Source: the human T2T-CHM13v2.0 reference genome, Homo sapiens | Direction: 5' to 3' (one strand) | DNA: 64,000 nt | Assembly (NCBI RefSeq): GCF_009914755.1 | Contig: NC_060941.1 | In this document: positions 1 to 15,620 of the stretch, in pieces | Position numbering within the stretch: the first letter of the stretch is position 1 | Layout: each line of letters opens with the position of its first letter | Program-made: the position numbers and the translations under genes | The notes under the pieces: model-generated | The model's database searches: none | What the model was told of the DNA's origin: nothing | Seen by the model: the letters and a program-made list of their open reading frames with translations, nothing else

Positions 1-656
1 TTGTTTTATGTTTCTAATGAAACAGCTCCTATTTTGTAGTACACAAAGGGGAAATGTGAGGCTGGAAAGCAACATAGGATTCTTCATTCCAGACAGCAGC
101 CAGTGGGCCCGCTCATGAAAAGTTGATGGTTGTGCTTAATGAGAGAAGAAAAAAGGCATCTAATAGCTAAAGTTTGCCTTAACATAATAATTACTTCCCA
201 TGTAGCAGTTCCATTTTTCTAATACTTGAATGTCTTATTGTATAAGAAAGCAAGGTACTTATTTATTTTTACAACCTTACATCTAGTTTCTGTGAACGTT
301 TTCATTGTATAAATTTGTTTCTTTCTCAAAATAGATAAAAGACACCAACCATCTTTTTTAATCTACTGAAGCACATGAATAGTGCTTATGTCCATTTTAG
401 GATACTTTTTTGTAAGCCATGATATAGGTCTTCCCCACCAATGGTGGCAGCTTCTTTAGAGGCAATTTACAAAAACACGAACACCCCTACCTCCCACCTA
501 TGGTTTTTGCTTTCTATAAAAATGTTGAATATGTCATAGCTAAGAGGAATGAAATGTCCTCCTGCAGAGAATAAGAATCTCTTATTAAAAGTAGCCCAGA
601 AGTTTACTGTTGGTGCTTAGAAAATAATTGAAGGATGTGGAAGAAGAATTACAAAG

Positions 657-712
657 ACATGCACACACATGCACGTGCACACATGCAAACACACACACAC
701 ACACACACACAT
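657..712. repeat. (CA)n microsatellite with degenerate CACATG/CACGTG 5' part
   Basis: Direct reading: gcacacacatgcacgtgcacacatgcaaac(ac)n. Confidence 0.9.
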
Positions 713-1064
713 TTATGAGTCACTGACTGGCAATCATAATAAATTATTTCCCCAGAATCAATTGTAAGCCTGCAGACTCCAGAGAGGTTGGCTTACCCGG
801 CCTGGAGCAGTGCTGGGTGGAGTTGTTTACTCTCCTGTGGCAGCCTTAGGGCTCTTGAGGTATATGTGCGCTCTTAGTCCTCTGTTATCTTCTGTCACCG
901 GGAGACAGGCAACATGTGCACCAGAAACTGCTGCCATGCCTGTCGCCCTGTATAATGTGCAGTTTTTGCTGACTTTTCTCTGAAACCGTAAGAAAAGATC
1001 TAGTGACTAGCTGAGTCACTTGAACTATGTGAGTTAAGTCACTTGAACTACACGAGTTAACTGA

Positions 1065-1440
<376 letters not shown>

Positions 1441-1459
1441 AGTTTGTTTGTTTTGTTTT

Positions 1460-2750
1460 TTTAATTTATTTTTTAGAGCAGTTTTAGGTTCCCAGCAAAA
1501 CTGAGCAGAAGATACAGAGATTTCCCATGTACCTCATTTCTCTGTGCCTGCACAGCATCCCCACTGTCATCATCCCTCACCAGAGTGGTCCATTCATTGC
1601 AGTTGATTAAGCTGCATTGACATTATTATCACCCAAAGTCCACAGTTTATGGAAGAGTTCATTCTTGGTGTATCTTCTGTGAGTTGTGACAAATGTATCA
1701 TCATATACAGCTACTATTCTAGTATCATGCAGGGTATATTTTCACTGCCCTAAAGATCTTCTATGCTCCACCAATAGAAGATCCCTTTTTCTTCCAACCC
1801 TTAGCATCCATTGATCCTTCTATTGTCTCCATGGTTTTGCCTTTTTCAGGATGTCATGTATTTGGAATCCTGCAGCATGTAACCTTTTCAGATTGGCTTC
1901 TTACACTTAGCAATATGCATTTATGTTTTTTCTATGTCTTTTCGTGGCTGGATGGCTCATTTCTGTTTAGTGCTAAATAAGATTCTATCATCTGGATGCA
2001 CCGCAGTTTATCCATTCACCTACTGAAGGGCGTCTGGGTTGCTTTCAAGTTTGGGGCAATTATGAAGAAGGCTGCCATAAACATCCGTGTGCAGGTTTTC
2101 ATACATTTTAAACTCATTTGGGTAAATATATGACCCACTGCAATTGTGGGGTAAAATGGAAAGAATATGTTTAGTTTTTTAAGAAACTGCCAAACTGTCT
2201 TCCAAAGTGGCTGTACCATTTTGCTTGCCCTCCAGCAATGAATGAGAGATCTCATTGGTCCACATCCTTGTCAGCGTTTGGTGTTGTCAGTGTTTTGGAT
2301 TTTGGCCATTCTAATAGGTGTGTAGTGGTATCTCATTGCTTTAATTTGCAGATCCCTAATGACATATTATATTGAGCATCTTTTCACATGCATATTTGCC
2401 ATCTGTACATCTTCTTTGGTGAGATATCAGGTCTTTTGCCCATTTTTAATTGGGCTGTTTGTTTTCCTATTGCTGAATTTTAAGAGTTATTTGTATATTT
2501 TGTATAATACTTCTTTATCAGATTTATTTTTTGCAATATTTTCTCCCAGCCTATAATATCTTCTGATTCTTTTGACAGTGTCTTTTGCAGAGCAGAAGTT
2601 TTTAATTATAATGAAATCCAGCTTACCAATTATTTTTTCATGGATTGCTCCTTTGGCCTTTGGTATTGTATCTAAAACGTTATTGCCAAACCCAAGGTCA
2701 TCTAGATCTTTCTCCTTTGTTATTTTGTAGAGTTTTACAATTTTGTGTTT
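1460..2750 (-). mobile_element. L1MC-type LINE-1 3' end fragment
   Basis: agagcagttttaggttcccagcaaaactgagcagaag 3' UTR motif; ORF 2016-2255(-) has degraded ORF2 C-terminal motif (VQPLWKTVWQFLKKLNI). Confidence 0.88.
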
Positions 2751-3132
2751 TGGTTTTTTTAATTAAATACAAAGGGATTGGTGGTTTTTGTTTCTTGGTA
2801 GAAACATAGTTTGTTTCTTTACCAGTGACATAAGCAATAACTTAAGTAAATAAATGAATGACTAGGAAACTCTTTGACTAGGCCAACCCCCATAGCCTTA
2901 ATAACCACAACTTAACATTTGCAGAATAGGAAGGACTAATCCTTTAATTTATCTTTTATGTCTATCCAGAACTTTAGTCCTATGAGCTGTTTTGTAAACG
3001 AGATTTGTTTTGTGGGAAAGGGAATTTTGTTTCAAGACTTCCCTAAGAAACTGATAGCATCGGGTAATTCTTAAATTTGACTTATCATAATGGTATATCT
3101 GGAAGGAATTTGTCAACTGATATGTTATAATT

Positions 3133-3445
<313 letters not shown>

Positions 3446-5129
3446 TGATATGTTTTAATTCTAACAGTAGATCTGCATAGAGAGAAAAGTTGGTATTATG
3501 AACAAAGGTAGCTTTAATTCGAAGAGACAACCATCCCCATTCCACAACCTCTTTCCACCCAAGCAAGGAAATTTATTGAGGCCAGTAACATTTTAAATGC
3601 TTTTTGGAGTTGTTTATTTGCATGTACTTTCTTTCTTATTGTGTAAGATTTGACTTTTTTTTTTAAAGGAGTTTCTTCACATGGATAACTCAGTTTGTAT
3701 AGCCTAATGTAATCTCAGCAATAAGTCAAAAGCTGTTCTTCTGTAGGGCTATATAGTTCTCTGACATAGGAAATCATTCTTAGTTCCATTATATTGAGAA
3801 GAAACAGAGAAGCATTTTACATCCAAGTGCACCAGCAGCTGTTTTGTTACATAGCTGCTGTGTGCAGAGCCCAATACTGAGAATTTTAAGAAGTCACTGA
3901 AATATGTCGAAGCACGAGGATGGGTCTGGATCTCCTCACTCTAGACGCCTGTACCTTTTTTCTGTAGTCGGTGAATGAAATTTTGGAACATGAACTGCAC
4001 GTGTGGAAAGAATTTGTGTGTGGGTGGAGGAAGCATCTAATGGGAACTGAGCTGGGGGAAGTAGAGCTTGGTCCCAGGTGTCCCAGCTGGAAGAGTTTGA
4101 AGCCAGACCCAGGGAGCCCTGCTTTTGAGGCCACCTGCACTGCTCACAAGCCACGGGCCTTGGGAAGCCCTTTCTGGGAACTTGCTTATGGAGCTGAGAT
4201 GGGGGTCAGAATTATTCTGCAAAGTGGTTCCCACTGAGCAACAAGTGACTTTCTCTTCCTCCACGTTTTCTTCTCCTTACCTCAAAATGGAAGAAACTTC
4301 TTGGCAAAATACCATTTAACATAATTTGGCCACACTGAACATTTAAAAATAATCAAAGATGGAGTCTGTGCTGTTAAGAATTGATAAGTATTCCACATAA
4401 AATCTAAACATCGTTCTTTTCTTTATTAAATTTTTGGTGTAATGCACAAAAACTTGAAACTTCAGCTTTTAATAAAATTGACTTTATTTCTAAAGAGAAG
4501 TGGGAATAACAGTGGTGCTAAGATTAGCAGTAAAAGCCTTTAACCTGCGAATTCCTTCACGCTGGGGTCAAAGAAGGGAAGTCCACGTGGATGTTTGACT
4601 TGTGACCTCTTCCTTCATTTAAAAAAAAAAAAGACTTAAATTACTCATGCCCTCAGTTTAAATTTGTGACTGGCATTTGAAACTATGGAATGATTCACTT
4701 TTCCTTGTAGCAAGAAAATTTGAAAATGAAAGCAAAATGATGCTCATATTCAAACTGAACCTACTATGAAAAGATGTTTGCTGATGGTTTCGTTGCCCTG
4801 CAAACACACACGACAGAGATGGCTGTTGTTCAACACATTATTTTCCTCTTCCTCTGAGCATCTTAGAGAGGGATGACTGTGCATGTTGCCTCATGCGCAG
4901 GAGGTGGTGTGCAAAGATCTTTTGGTTTGTATCGTGGCTTACAGGCTCTCATTTAGGCCATGGCATGGTACATTCCAATACCATGAGTGGTTAAATCTCA
5001 GGAATTCCAAAGTGTATGAACGGAGTGATGTCAGCTGTACTCTCATTTCATGCTATGTAGCCAGATGTCGTGTAGCTAACCTCAGCAGTTACTATACATA
5101 ATGTGCTATAACTGGCTGATTTAAGGTAA

Positions 5130-5180
5130 ACTGCCTCAGTTTCCTCATCTGTAAATGATGGCTTTTGACTAAATAATAGC
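5130..5180 (+). mobile_element. MIR core fragment
   Basis: gcctcagtttcctcatctgtaaa core. Confidence 0.65.
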
Positions 5181-5310
5181 TTAGTTTTCATTGTGAACAA
5201 AATGCTTGTTTAGCTGGGCAAACACATTTTTTTTTGCAGAAAAACAGCCCTATCACCAATAGTACCTGCTCTAGTGCTTTTAAAAATTAGAATGAAATTT
5301 TGTTTGTACA

Positions 5311-5685
<375 letters not shown>

Positions 5686-7936
5686 TGACTAACAAGTTAT
5701 CTTTCCTTGCTGATAGTTCCACTTTCCTCGTGTTTGACAGAAATGACTCTTAGTTTAGGAACTCCTCATTAGCTGTTTCCAGGAGCAGTGGGGTATCATT
5801 TTGATGCTTCTTTATTTCTTCTATGCAACTAAAATACAAAGTGAAGATACGATGTCTCTGAAATGATAAAGCTACATTTGTCAAAAAGCACATATTTTCC
5901 ATTCGACATTTTGGCTTAAAGAAATGAAAACTACAGAATGACTTTTTCCTTTATCTGGGTCTGTGCTGTGTATTTACCTATTTAAAAAGATATACAGGTG
6001 AAAAATATTTTTTGAAATGAACTTGTCTGAATCAAGATGCACACTCTTGCAGCAACATCACAGGGTGTCTCTGTCACTGAGGACTCTGTCCTCATTTGTG
6101 TGGGCTGACTGGGTCGCTGGCTGTGGGAGGCACACATTTGCTATCTTGGTGCAGCAGTTTGTAGTCAGCTGACTGACTTGTTCCTGCACATGCATTTTTT
6201 TTCCTGGCAAGTCATAATTCATGTTTTTCCTAAGGTCCAACCCTATTATAACTGACAGATCCTATCTGGCTGAGAAACATGGGCACCCTTCTGTTTTTGC
6301 CTCTTGTTCCCAACATATTTGTATGCTTTTCAATAGGAAGCTGACCTGGAGTAAATGCCCAGGGTTGTCTGAGGTCTCTAAATGGAAGGTGTGGTCTGAA
6401 ACCAGCTAACTATGGCAGCATTAGGGCAAGAGCGCACAGGTAAAGAACTTCTGAAGGAGGGTGGAGGGTGGGAAAGTGGGAGGGGCGAGAGCTAACATGA
6501 ATGAAACTGAAGAGAAACAGAAGTTGTGGCTGGCATGCAGGAGAAACCCAGATTCCCATTCACCACTTCCTCTCACCTCCAGAAATTACCCATCATTCCT
6601 CTCTATTTTGCAATCCTCTCTATTTCCCCTGAAGGTTCTGCTTTGAATGCTGTCTTCCCAGCAGAAATGTTGAAGGGAAGTAGCTCAGCCCAGTTCCCTT
6701 CTGGGCCACCACTTTCAACTGTAGACTTTCTAGTCAGAGCCAAGAAGGCCATGGACTCTGAGAATGGCATTTAAAGTCTCTGCCGGGCTCCACTTAGTTC
6801 CCCTTCCCCTACAGATGCCTTATTCCCTCGAAATGCAAACGAGGCTCCATGGCCACAGTTTCGTTCCTCTTTCTGTCCACATTCCAGTCGTTCACCATCT
6901 CGAGAACACTGGGGCACCCTCCTCTACCCCCAGCCAGAGCTGTCATTTAGTTGTGATCCACAAATCTGCTAAAGAGAAAGGTGCCCTGCTATCATTTTGC
7001 AAAGGCTTGCTTGGAACACATTCCTGCCATTCTTTTTTGCTGCTCTGTAGCCTGAGTGATTATTTGTTTAGTGTAGGAGTAAATATGAGGGGTGCTGTGT
7101 TTCTTAAAAACAAAACAAAACAAAACTTTTAGTGACATATGCTCATTGGGGGAAATAAGATAGAAATAAATAATATTGAAAACAAACACCCGTCAATCAC
7201 GTGACAACCACAATATAGCACTTTGGTGAAAATGGTCTTAATTTAAAAAAGAAAGTCCATCTTTCTAGGTATCTGAGCAATTCATTACTATTCTATGTAA
7301 TTTTTGTGGGTTTATAATTAATTTTGTAGATTGGGATTTACTAGCATGTGATACCTTGTAAAGGACATTTTACATTAAATTATCTTCCTCCCTAGCACAT
7401 TGCCTAATTCTGTCACTTGTATTATTGAGGAAACATTTGCAAGTAGGACAAAAAGCTGTCTGCAAATACTTAAGCTTTGAGTTGTTTTTTTCTGAAGTGC
7501 GAACACAATCAATTGGGTTAAGTCTCCCAGCCCCTAAGTGGGGGTATTTATGTTTTTTTTAGGAGAGAAACTTTGGAAGTAAATCAGAAGTACCCAGGGC
7601 CAATGGCCAGAGTCTTAGAGGAAACATAAACCTCTAGGATCCAGTGAGTATCCACAAACTTAGAGCACTGCGAAGGAAACAGTTGGGTTAGCGTTTTATT
7701 AGGAAGGTCAGAGATGATTTAGAAAGTTAACCCTTCCAAGGGGTAATTACCCCCAATATGTGTCCGTTGTGGCATGCTGTGTACATTCACTACTTTTTTT
7801 TTTAGTGGGAAAATAACAACATGACTTGGCTGCATGTCCCAGGAAGAGGCCACAGAAATGAAACCTCAGGGTCACATGAAGGAGATTCCCCTGACATATT
7901 TCAGAGCTGATGCTTAATGGACCTGAACCAGTTTGC

Positions 7937-8272
7937 TTTTTTTTTTTTTTTTTTTTAAAAGACAGAGTTTTGCTCTTTGGCCCAGGCTGGAGTCAAGTGG
8001 CACAATCTTGGTTCACTGTAACCTCTGCCACCCCCCCTCCCCAACCCCCACCCCCGCCAACCTGGTTCAAGCGATTCTCCTGCCTCAGCCTCTCACGTAG
8101 CTGGGATTACAGGCACCCCCCGCCACCATGCCCGTCTAATTTTTGTATTTTTAGTAGAAACGGGGTTTCACCATGTTGGCCAGGCTGGTCTCGAACTCCT
8201 GACCTCAGGTGATCCACCCGCCTCGGCCTCCCAAAGTGCTGGGATTACAGGCTTGAGTCACCGCGCCCGGCC
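7937..8272 (-). mobile_element. AluSx/Sq SINE with internal C-rich expansion
   Basis: Full dimer; TSD ccagtttgc on both sides. Confidence 0.93.
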
Positions 8273-9711
8273 CCAGTTTGCATTTTTTACAGGGCAGAGA
8301 CTGAAGGGCACTTAGAGCTACCTGGCCCGGCCTGGCTTTAGGGACCTGATCTGTGCAGATATGGTAATTCCCCACGTGTCAATGCAGTTCAGACTTAAAG
8401 GGCACAGTCAGCCCTTCGTTTCAATACCAAGAATTGCCCTTTTGAAAGGGTCTTGAAGGACTTGACATTCTAGGATTTAATTATTAGGGGGACGAGCAGA
8501 GGCAATGAGATGCAACTCTGAAACAAATGTTTAACCACTTGAGTCAAAGAGGAAACAGAGTGAATTAAAACTTGAAAAGTGATCTTCAAATCGGCTTCCG
8601 CCCTTGTAGGCTGATTAGACGACAACTAGCATCTCCAACTAAGAGTGTGTATAATTAGAAAGCCCTCTAGGTTATATCTCAAGTGAGAAAAGAAATATGC
8701 CCTTTTCTTAGCCTTTCCTTATTTTTGGCCTGTATTTGGGAACTTTTTTTTTTTTTTAGTTTAGTTTTTTTTTTAATTGTACTTCTACAAAGTGCTCTGC
8801 AAGTTGCATGAGAATACATACAAGAGCTTTAGCTTCATTTAGGACATATTCTCTCATTCCTGAAACTTCAGATTAATTTAGCATTTGATGACCTAATATT
8901 GCATTTCCTCAATTTTGTTCTATAAGTAGCATTCATCAGAGCAAAGTTTATTTTATGTTGGTGGCATTCAGTAAGTGATACATCACAAAGAAAGATTGGA
9001 TACTCTTGCATATCAAATATACTTTGAACTGTGTTCTCTGGCAATGCCATAGATTTTAACTGCAACTGACAACTTGTACTTCTAAGAGAGCATTTATCAT
9101 TGTTGGATGTGCGTTGTGTCTGTCTGCTAATTAGCTTGTGAAGTCCCTCAGGTTATTCATCTCATAGAGGCCAGTGTCTGGCACAGAATAGGTAACCACT
9201 GAAGGTATCCTGAGTGGAATTGAGTTGCAACAGTGTGTTATAGACAGTATAGTCCACAAGGAAAAGTAGTCATCACTGAGCAGAACTGCATTTTGCAGCC
9301 CTCCATGATTTTAGGGGAGAGCAAATGTAAAACACATTTTCAAACAGGTGAGTCTGACTAATTTGGAAAATTGAATGGACTGTTTTCTAATTTTTTTTTT
9401 TTTTTTTTGCATCTGGGATATAAAGCAACAGTGAAAGTTACTTTTTAAAAATGGGCTGAAGAGTGAGAAATGAATCTGACTTATCAAATCCGCAGAGGGT
9501 TACCTTTATTACTGTGCTGCCCTTCATCCCATGCCTGCCTGCTTTCATGACAAGTTGCAGTGAAGTCGTATTTGGCTGTGAGAAGTGACTTGCCTTCAGG
9601 GTCACTGTGAACCATGTGGGTGGGGCCGGGCAAATGCATATTTAAGTACTATAAAATATTTAGAAGCAGAAGATTCAAAATTTGACCAATCAGTTTGATC
9701 AAGTTTAATTT

Positions 9712-9985
9712 CTTTTTGTTTTTAAGGACATGGTTTCGCTGTGTTGCCCGGGCAGGAATGCAGTGGCTCCATCATAGATCACTGCAGCCTGGAACTCCTG
9801 GGCTCAAGCAGTCCTTTCCTGCCTCAGCCTTCAGAGTAGCTAGGATTACAGGCTTGCACCACTGCACCTGGCTAATTTTTTAAATTTCTGCAAAGATGAA
9901 GTCTTGCTATGTTGCCCAGGAGTGGTCCTCTGGCTTCAGCCTCCCAAAGTGCTGGGATTACAGGCGTGGACCATCACACACAGCC
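9712..9985 (-). mobile_element. AluJ SINE (diverged, internal deletion)
   Basis: Reverse Alu motifs cctcccaaagtgctgggattacagg; J-type right arm. Confidence 0.88.
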
Positions 9986-11418
9986 TAAGTTTTACTATAA
10001 CCAATGAGGCAACCTCCATGGAGACCAAGAAGAGGGAGTGGTACCTTCTAGACATCTTGACCTTTGTCTTCTGGTTCCAGGAGCTGCTATCGCTAGGAAA
10101 AGGAAGTCCTGTCTGCTCACAGCCCACCCGCCTCTGCACAGGTGTCCCTGGGTTGGCTCGTTGATGGTAGTGGTGGAAATTGTCTCAGTCATTACTTACA
10201 GCCTGTGAATCCTATTAGCATTTCTCCAATTTTCTCTGTTTTTATCAAGGGAACAGAAATCCATCATCAGGTATTTCCACAAAATTGACCTCATAGTTCC
10301 TTCCTGGGTTTAATGCTCAGTTGCCAAAATAGAAGTGAAGAGTCAGCAGAGTTGATGTGAAGTCACTTGGAGTGAATATCTTCAAATTAACAAGACGTAA
10401 CATCCCTTTCCTGCCTTTAGCCCACAAATGCCCACCTCTGCTGAGCCACCTTCTTGCAAAGGAGGCTTTTGGAAAAGATCTTTTGGGATTATGTGAGGAT
10501 CCCACATATAAAGTAGCAGGAGAATCTCGAGTTCCATGGGAAATGACTATAGGTCATTTTTCCATTTTCAGAGAAATCAGTGCCTTTGAAAGAGACCATA
10601 GCTTTTTTTGCCTCCGACCGAACTTGCCTAATTTGTGGAGGTGAATGAGGCAGCCTTTGTTCTCTGCCAGACTTTAGTCAGAGCCCTTAAGCATGGCTTG
10701 TTGTCCAGAGCATGGTAGAGAAATTTAGAGCATCATCGTAACTGTAGCACCACCAAAAATAATAACCACAGGAGCTACCATTATGGAGGAATTGCCCCAT
10801 GCCCTGCAGCCACCTCTCCTCCTCCACTCCCCCACTCCCCCATTCCCCCATTCCTCCTTCTTCTCCTGCTCCAGTATTGCATATTTTTACCTGACTCTGC
10901 AGCGGGCTGCCTCCCCCGGTAGCTCACTCCTTTGACCTAGACTTTGGGTCTTTGTAGCTCTGGTGCTTGTACCTGCTCCCTCTGCCCTGGGCCAGGATTC
11001 TCAGTCTCTGGGATTGGCCTCAATCTCTGTGTTTCCCCAGTACCTTGCTTACCCCTTCACATGCATGTGGATTGCACGGACTCGCCCTGGCTTGCTCACA
11101 TGAAACACTCTCCTACCCATCTCTTCCTTTCAGCTGGAGCCGCTGTGCCCATTTCAGACTCTGCCTTCACACCTGGACTCCAGCCCTTCCCTTGTAACAG
11201 CCTCCCTTCAGGAAGAGGGTGTCTTGCAGCCTAGACCCTCAGTTACCAGAGTCCCTCAGAACAGCCTTTCCCATTCTACTGTTGTTCAAGTGTGTTGGTA
11301 GAGAAAATGAGAGCATCATGATAACTGCGGCACCATCCAAAATGATAACTGCAGTAGCTACTATTAAGGAGTATAGTGTCTAGCAGCTAGTGTTTTGGTA
11401 GAAACTCAAGCCAACACC

Positions 11419-11701
<283 letters not shown>

Positions 11702-13637
11702 GCTCAAGCCAGACCGTCAGGATTCAAGCTCAGTCTCACACATATGAACTGTGTGACTTTGCAATTTACTACTTCTTGCCACATCACTCTTTCTCATCCT
11801 TAATAAATAAAATCATTTATGAAGAAGATTATTAATACCATCAGTATTATGAAGACTATTACTCTTATCGTTGATCCTTATTTTCTCATGGGACCTATCA
11901 AGTTCAAGTGACCTAACATTATACAATTTAACCTATTCTTCTGCAGCAACACACCCAGATGGGGAGGAACCCAAAACACCGATGGTGCTATTGACATGCT
12001 CAGAACTTTCCAGTGACATTGTCTCTGTTTTCTTGTATATGTGCATGCATGAACAAGAGCTTTAAAAATTGATGGGGACCCTGGGCTGCTGGCTAAGGAG
12101 CTCTCCTGCCTGATGCCCAGACAATGTTGTATCTATATACATTTGCTGGGAAGAGGAGTCAGCCTAGCTGGAAGGCTGCTATTGTTATGCAAATTGGAAA
12201 AGCACACTTTTAAGCTACACTCTTGCAAAATGGCTGAGGGTGGCAGTGTGCTTAGGGCTCCAGAAGAGTTTAATCATTGTAATGAATCCAATGGAAAAGG
12301 ACCAAGTTTGCTGCTTCAAGATCCATATTCCACCTTCAGCTGTAAAATGTGCTGCAGATATTGCACTTGCCTGAAATAAAGCGCTCTCTGTCTTTTCTTC
12401 TTCTGAAGAATCCTTTGGCTGTGTTTTATTATACCGGAAGCCCATTTCCTCAACTTAAAGTAATTATTAACAACAACTAAAGCTTTTTCTCAATGTGGTT
12501 GAATTCGGTAGTTTTAGGATTCAGGATGGATGTAGAAAAAGGTTTGTGTGTTGCGCGTAACCTCGGTCGTGTAGAGTATGTGGATGCTTTCACCAGTATT
12601 CACATGGAGCAGTTATGCAGGATCTGCAGCAGCAACAGCTCTGGTGACCACTCAGTCCTCTCTTCTCCATTTCCAGGTAGACCTTACATCTTTCTCTCTG
12701 AAAGTGAGCTGAAATCTGATACCCTGTAACCTCCACCCTTTGTTTCTGCAGGATTTCCATCCTTCAGGGACAAACAGAACAAGCTTAATCCTTCTGGCAA
12801 ATATCAGGTCTTCAGGTATTTGCAGACAGCTAAGTTGCAAGCTGTCTTCCCTTTCAGGTGAATCCCCTACTCCTCTTAGGAAGTGGTTTCCAGTTTCATT
12901 CTCTTGTTGGAAAACTTATGCCAGAGAGAGGCTGCAACCACAACAGTGAGGGCTTGGAACCCTGAACCGTGTCTCAGGAGGAGTGAATAAAGATTTGTTG
13001 TATGGAACTCTCACCTCCTCCATCCTAGATAATATACCTCTGTTAATGCAGTCTCTTCTCCTAGTAGCTCTTTTGGCAGCCACGGCACCTCATTAATGTG
13101 TTTGTTAAAATGCCTCAGTCTTTTCATCTGTGGTGCTGTCGATCTGCATTTCTGTAGTTTTGAAGCTAGGTATGGGGATTTTCGAATGATCCTTATTACT
13201 CAGTGGAGTCTTGATCGCTATTAGCTTGGTCCAGTTTTGGATTTTCCTGTTGGTTTCTAATTTAGCCATGCAGGATGTGTACTGTCTTTCCCAGCTTCCC
13301 GTTTCCCATTTGAGACATTTGCCTTGTGTGAGTTCGGCATCGAGGTATGGAAAATGAAGCCTCATAGCAGCCTGTTACCTCTCCTAAACCAATCCCCCTG
13401 TCAGCTCACATTTAATGCGGATACCTTTTATCTTGGGTACTTGTCAGAAGGTCTTCTTGATACCTGTGTCTTACAGATACAGCTAATTGCACATTGTAGG
13501 AACTGATTAATGCCCAGGGGACTGAGTGCCATCACACATAATTGTGGAACGAGAGATTTTGATTGAAGTCAATGAAGATTTTCCTCCCTAATTGTGAGGG
13601 GTCCTTTTTAAATACTATTATACCTGATTTTCTTCTT

Positions 13638-13943
13638 ATTTTTTAGTTTTTATTTTTTGAGATGGAGTCTTGCTCTGTCGCCCAGGCTGGAACACAGTGG
13701 TGCGATCTCTGCTCACTTGCAACCTCTGCCTCCCAGGTTCAAGTGATTCTCATGCTTCAGCCTCCCAAGTAGTTGGGATTACACGTGCCTGCCACCAGGC
13801 CTGGCTAATTTTTTTGTATTTTTAGTAGAGGCAGAGTTTTGCTATGTTGGCTAGGCTGGTCTTGAACTCCTGACCTCAAGTGATTCGCCTGCCTCGGCCT
13901 CCCACAGTGCTGGGATTACAGGTGTGAGTCACCATGCCCAGCC
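13638..13943 (-). mobile_element. AluSx/Sz SINE
   Basis: Full reverse dimer; TSD attttcttct. Confidence 0.93.
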
Positions 13944-14617
13944 AATTTTCTTCTACTCTTGGACTGGAAGGGGCTCTGGTTTCTGCTACCTTTTCTACCT
14001 TTAGATGTACGTGGTCACACTTTGAGGGCCTTCAGTTGGTGTTGAAGAGGAGATGGCGGGCCCAAGCTCTGCAAGCCTGGTGCTTGGGGGCATGTTGCCT
14101 CCCTGCTGCACAGCACTTCCTGCCAGTGTCCTGGTCAAGCTGGGTTTCCCGATTTACGGAAGAGCTTGGGCTCAGAGGGAGGCCGTGAGGAGCCCCGAGA
14201 GAATGCCAGCCAAGGCCCTGTCTGGTCTAATCCTGCCAGAGCCTGGCCTTTGGGTGGAACTGGGAGGGCCGGGGAAGAAGGTTATGAGAGGCACAAGCTC
14301 TGGTTCTCTGCCATTACCTCTCAGCCTAGAAGTGGCCATTGGATTTCTTTGTATGTTTTCTCTTTATAGTAAATAAAGAGGAAACTTCTCCCCTCACTGG
14401 CCTGTGTAGGCTACAGTTGCCTGAGGCTCAGGCTTGCCTGTTCTTCTAATCATTGACCTTCTTGTTAGTTGGATTCTCTTTTTCTTCATTTAAAAATACG
14501 CCACATTTCCTTTCCCTCAGTCTTGTTGCAAGTTCCCAATAATTTTGGAGTCCTGTTAAAAGACCTGTACTTTTTATAAATTTGCTTTCCCTTCAATCTG
14601 GAGAAAGAGAAGAGGAA

Positions 14618-14800
14618 TTACTTGTAGAGTGGGTACTGTGTCTCAGGGCTAGGCTGAAGCTTCACGTACATCATCCTGTCTGTCCTTAACAATCCTGCAA
14701 GGCTGGTGATGCTAATTTCCATTTTAGAGTCGGAAACAGTTGAGAATGAGAGCTTCACATACCCAAGGTCATGCAGCTGGAGAATAGGGGTGTGCAGATG
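14618..14800 (-). mobile_element. MIR SINE
   Basis: ccattttagagtcggaaacag...cccaaggtcatgcagctgg reverse MIR core. Confidence 0.7.
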
Positions 14801-15103
14801 AGGACACAGGGCACTGTCCCACCCACCCTACCAGGACGAGGGGCTTCATGCTAAACTCTGGCCCATTAGAAACCACTTGGGAAACATAAATGCCCACAGA
14901 TACAGCCATTTCAAAGATCCATGCTTAGACCAGAACATTTAGCACAAAGCGAAACCCACAGAAACTTCAAAAGGAATAAAAATCTCATGTTAATGTTAAG
15001 AAAAATTATTTAAAATTTGGAAATAAGGCATAAACGTAACAGCAGCATGTAGTTCTTCAAATGTTAGCCAGGGGCGTTGCTTAACAAGCCTATCCAAGGG
15101 TTA

Positions 15104-15620
<517 letters not shown>

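Noticed and set aside
12215-13365. Minus-strand ORFs considered as a possible processed pseudogene
   Set aside because: No recognisable protein family, no continuous frame, no poly-A or TSD.
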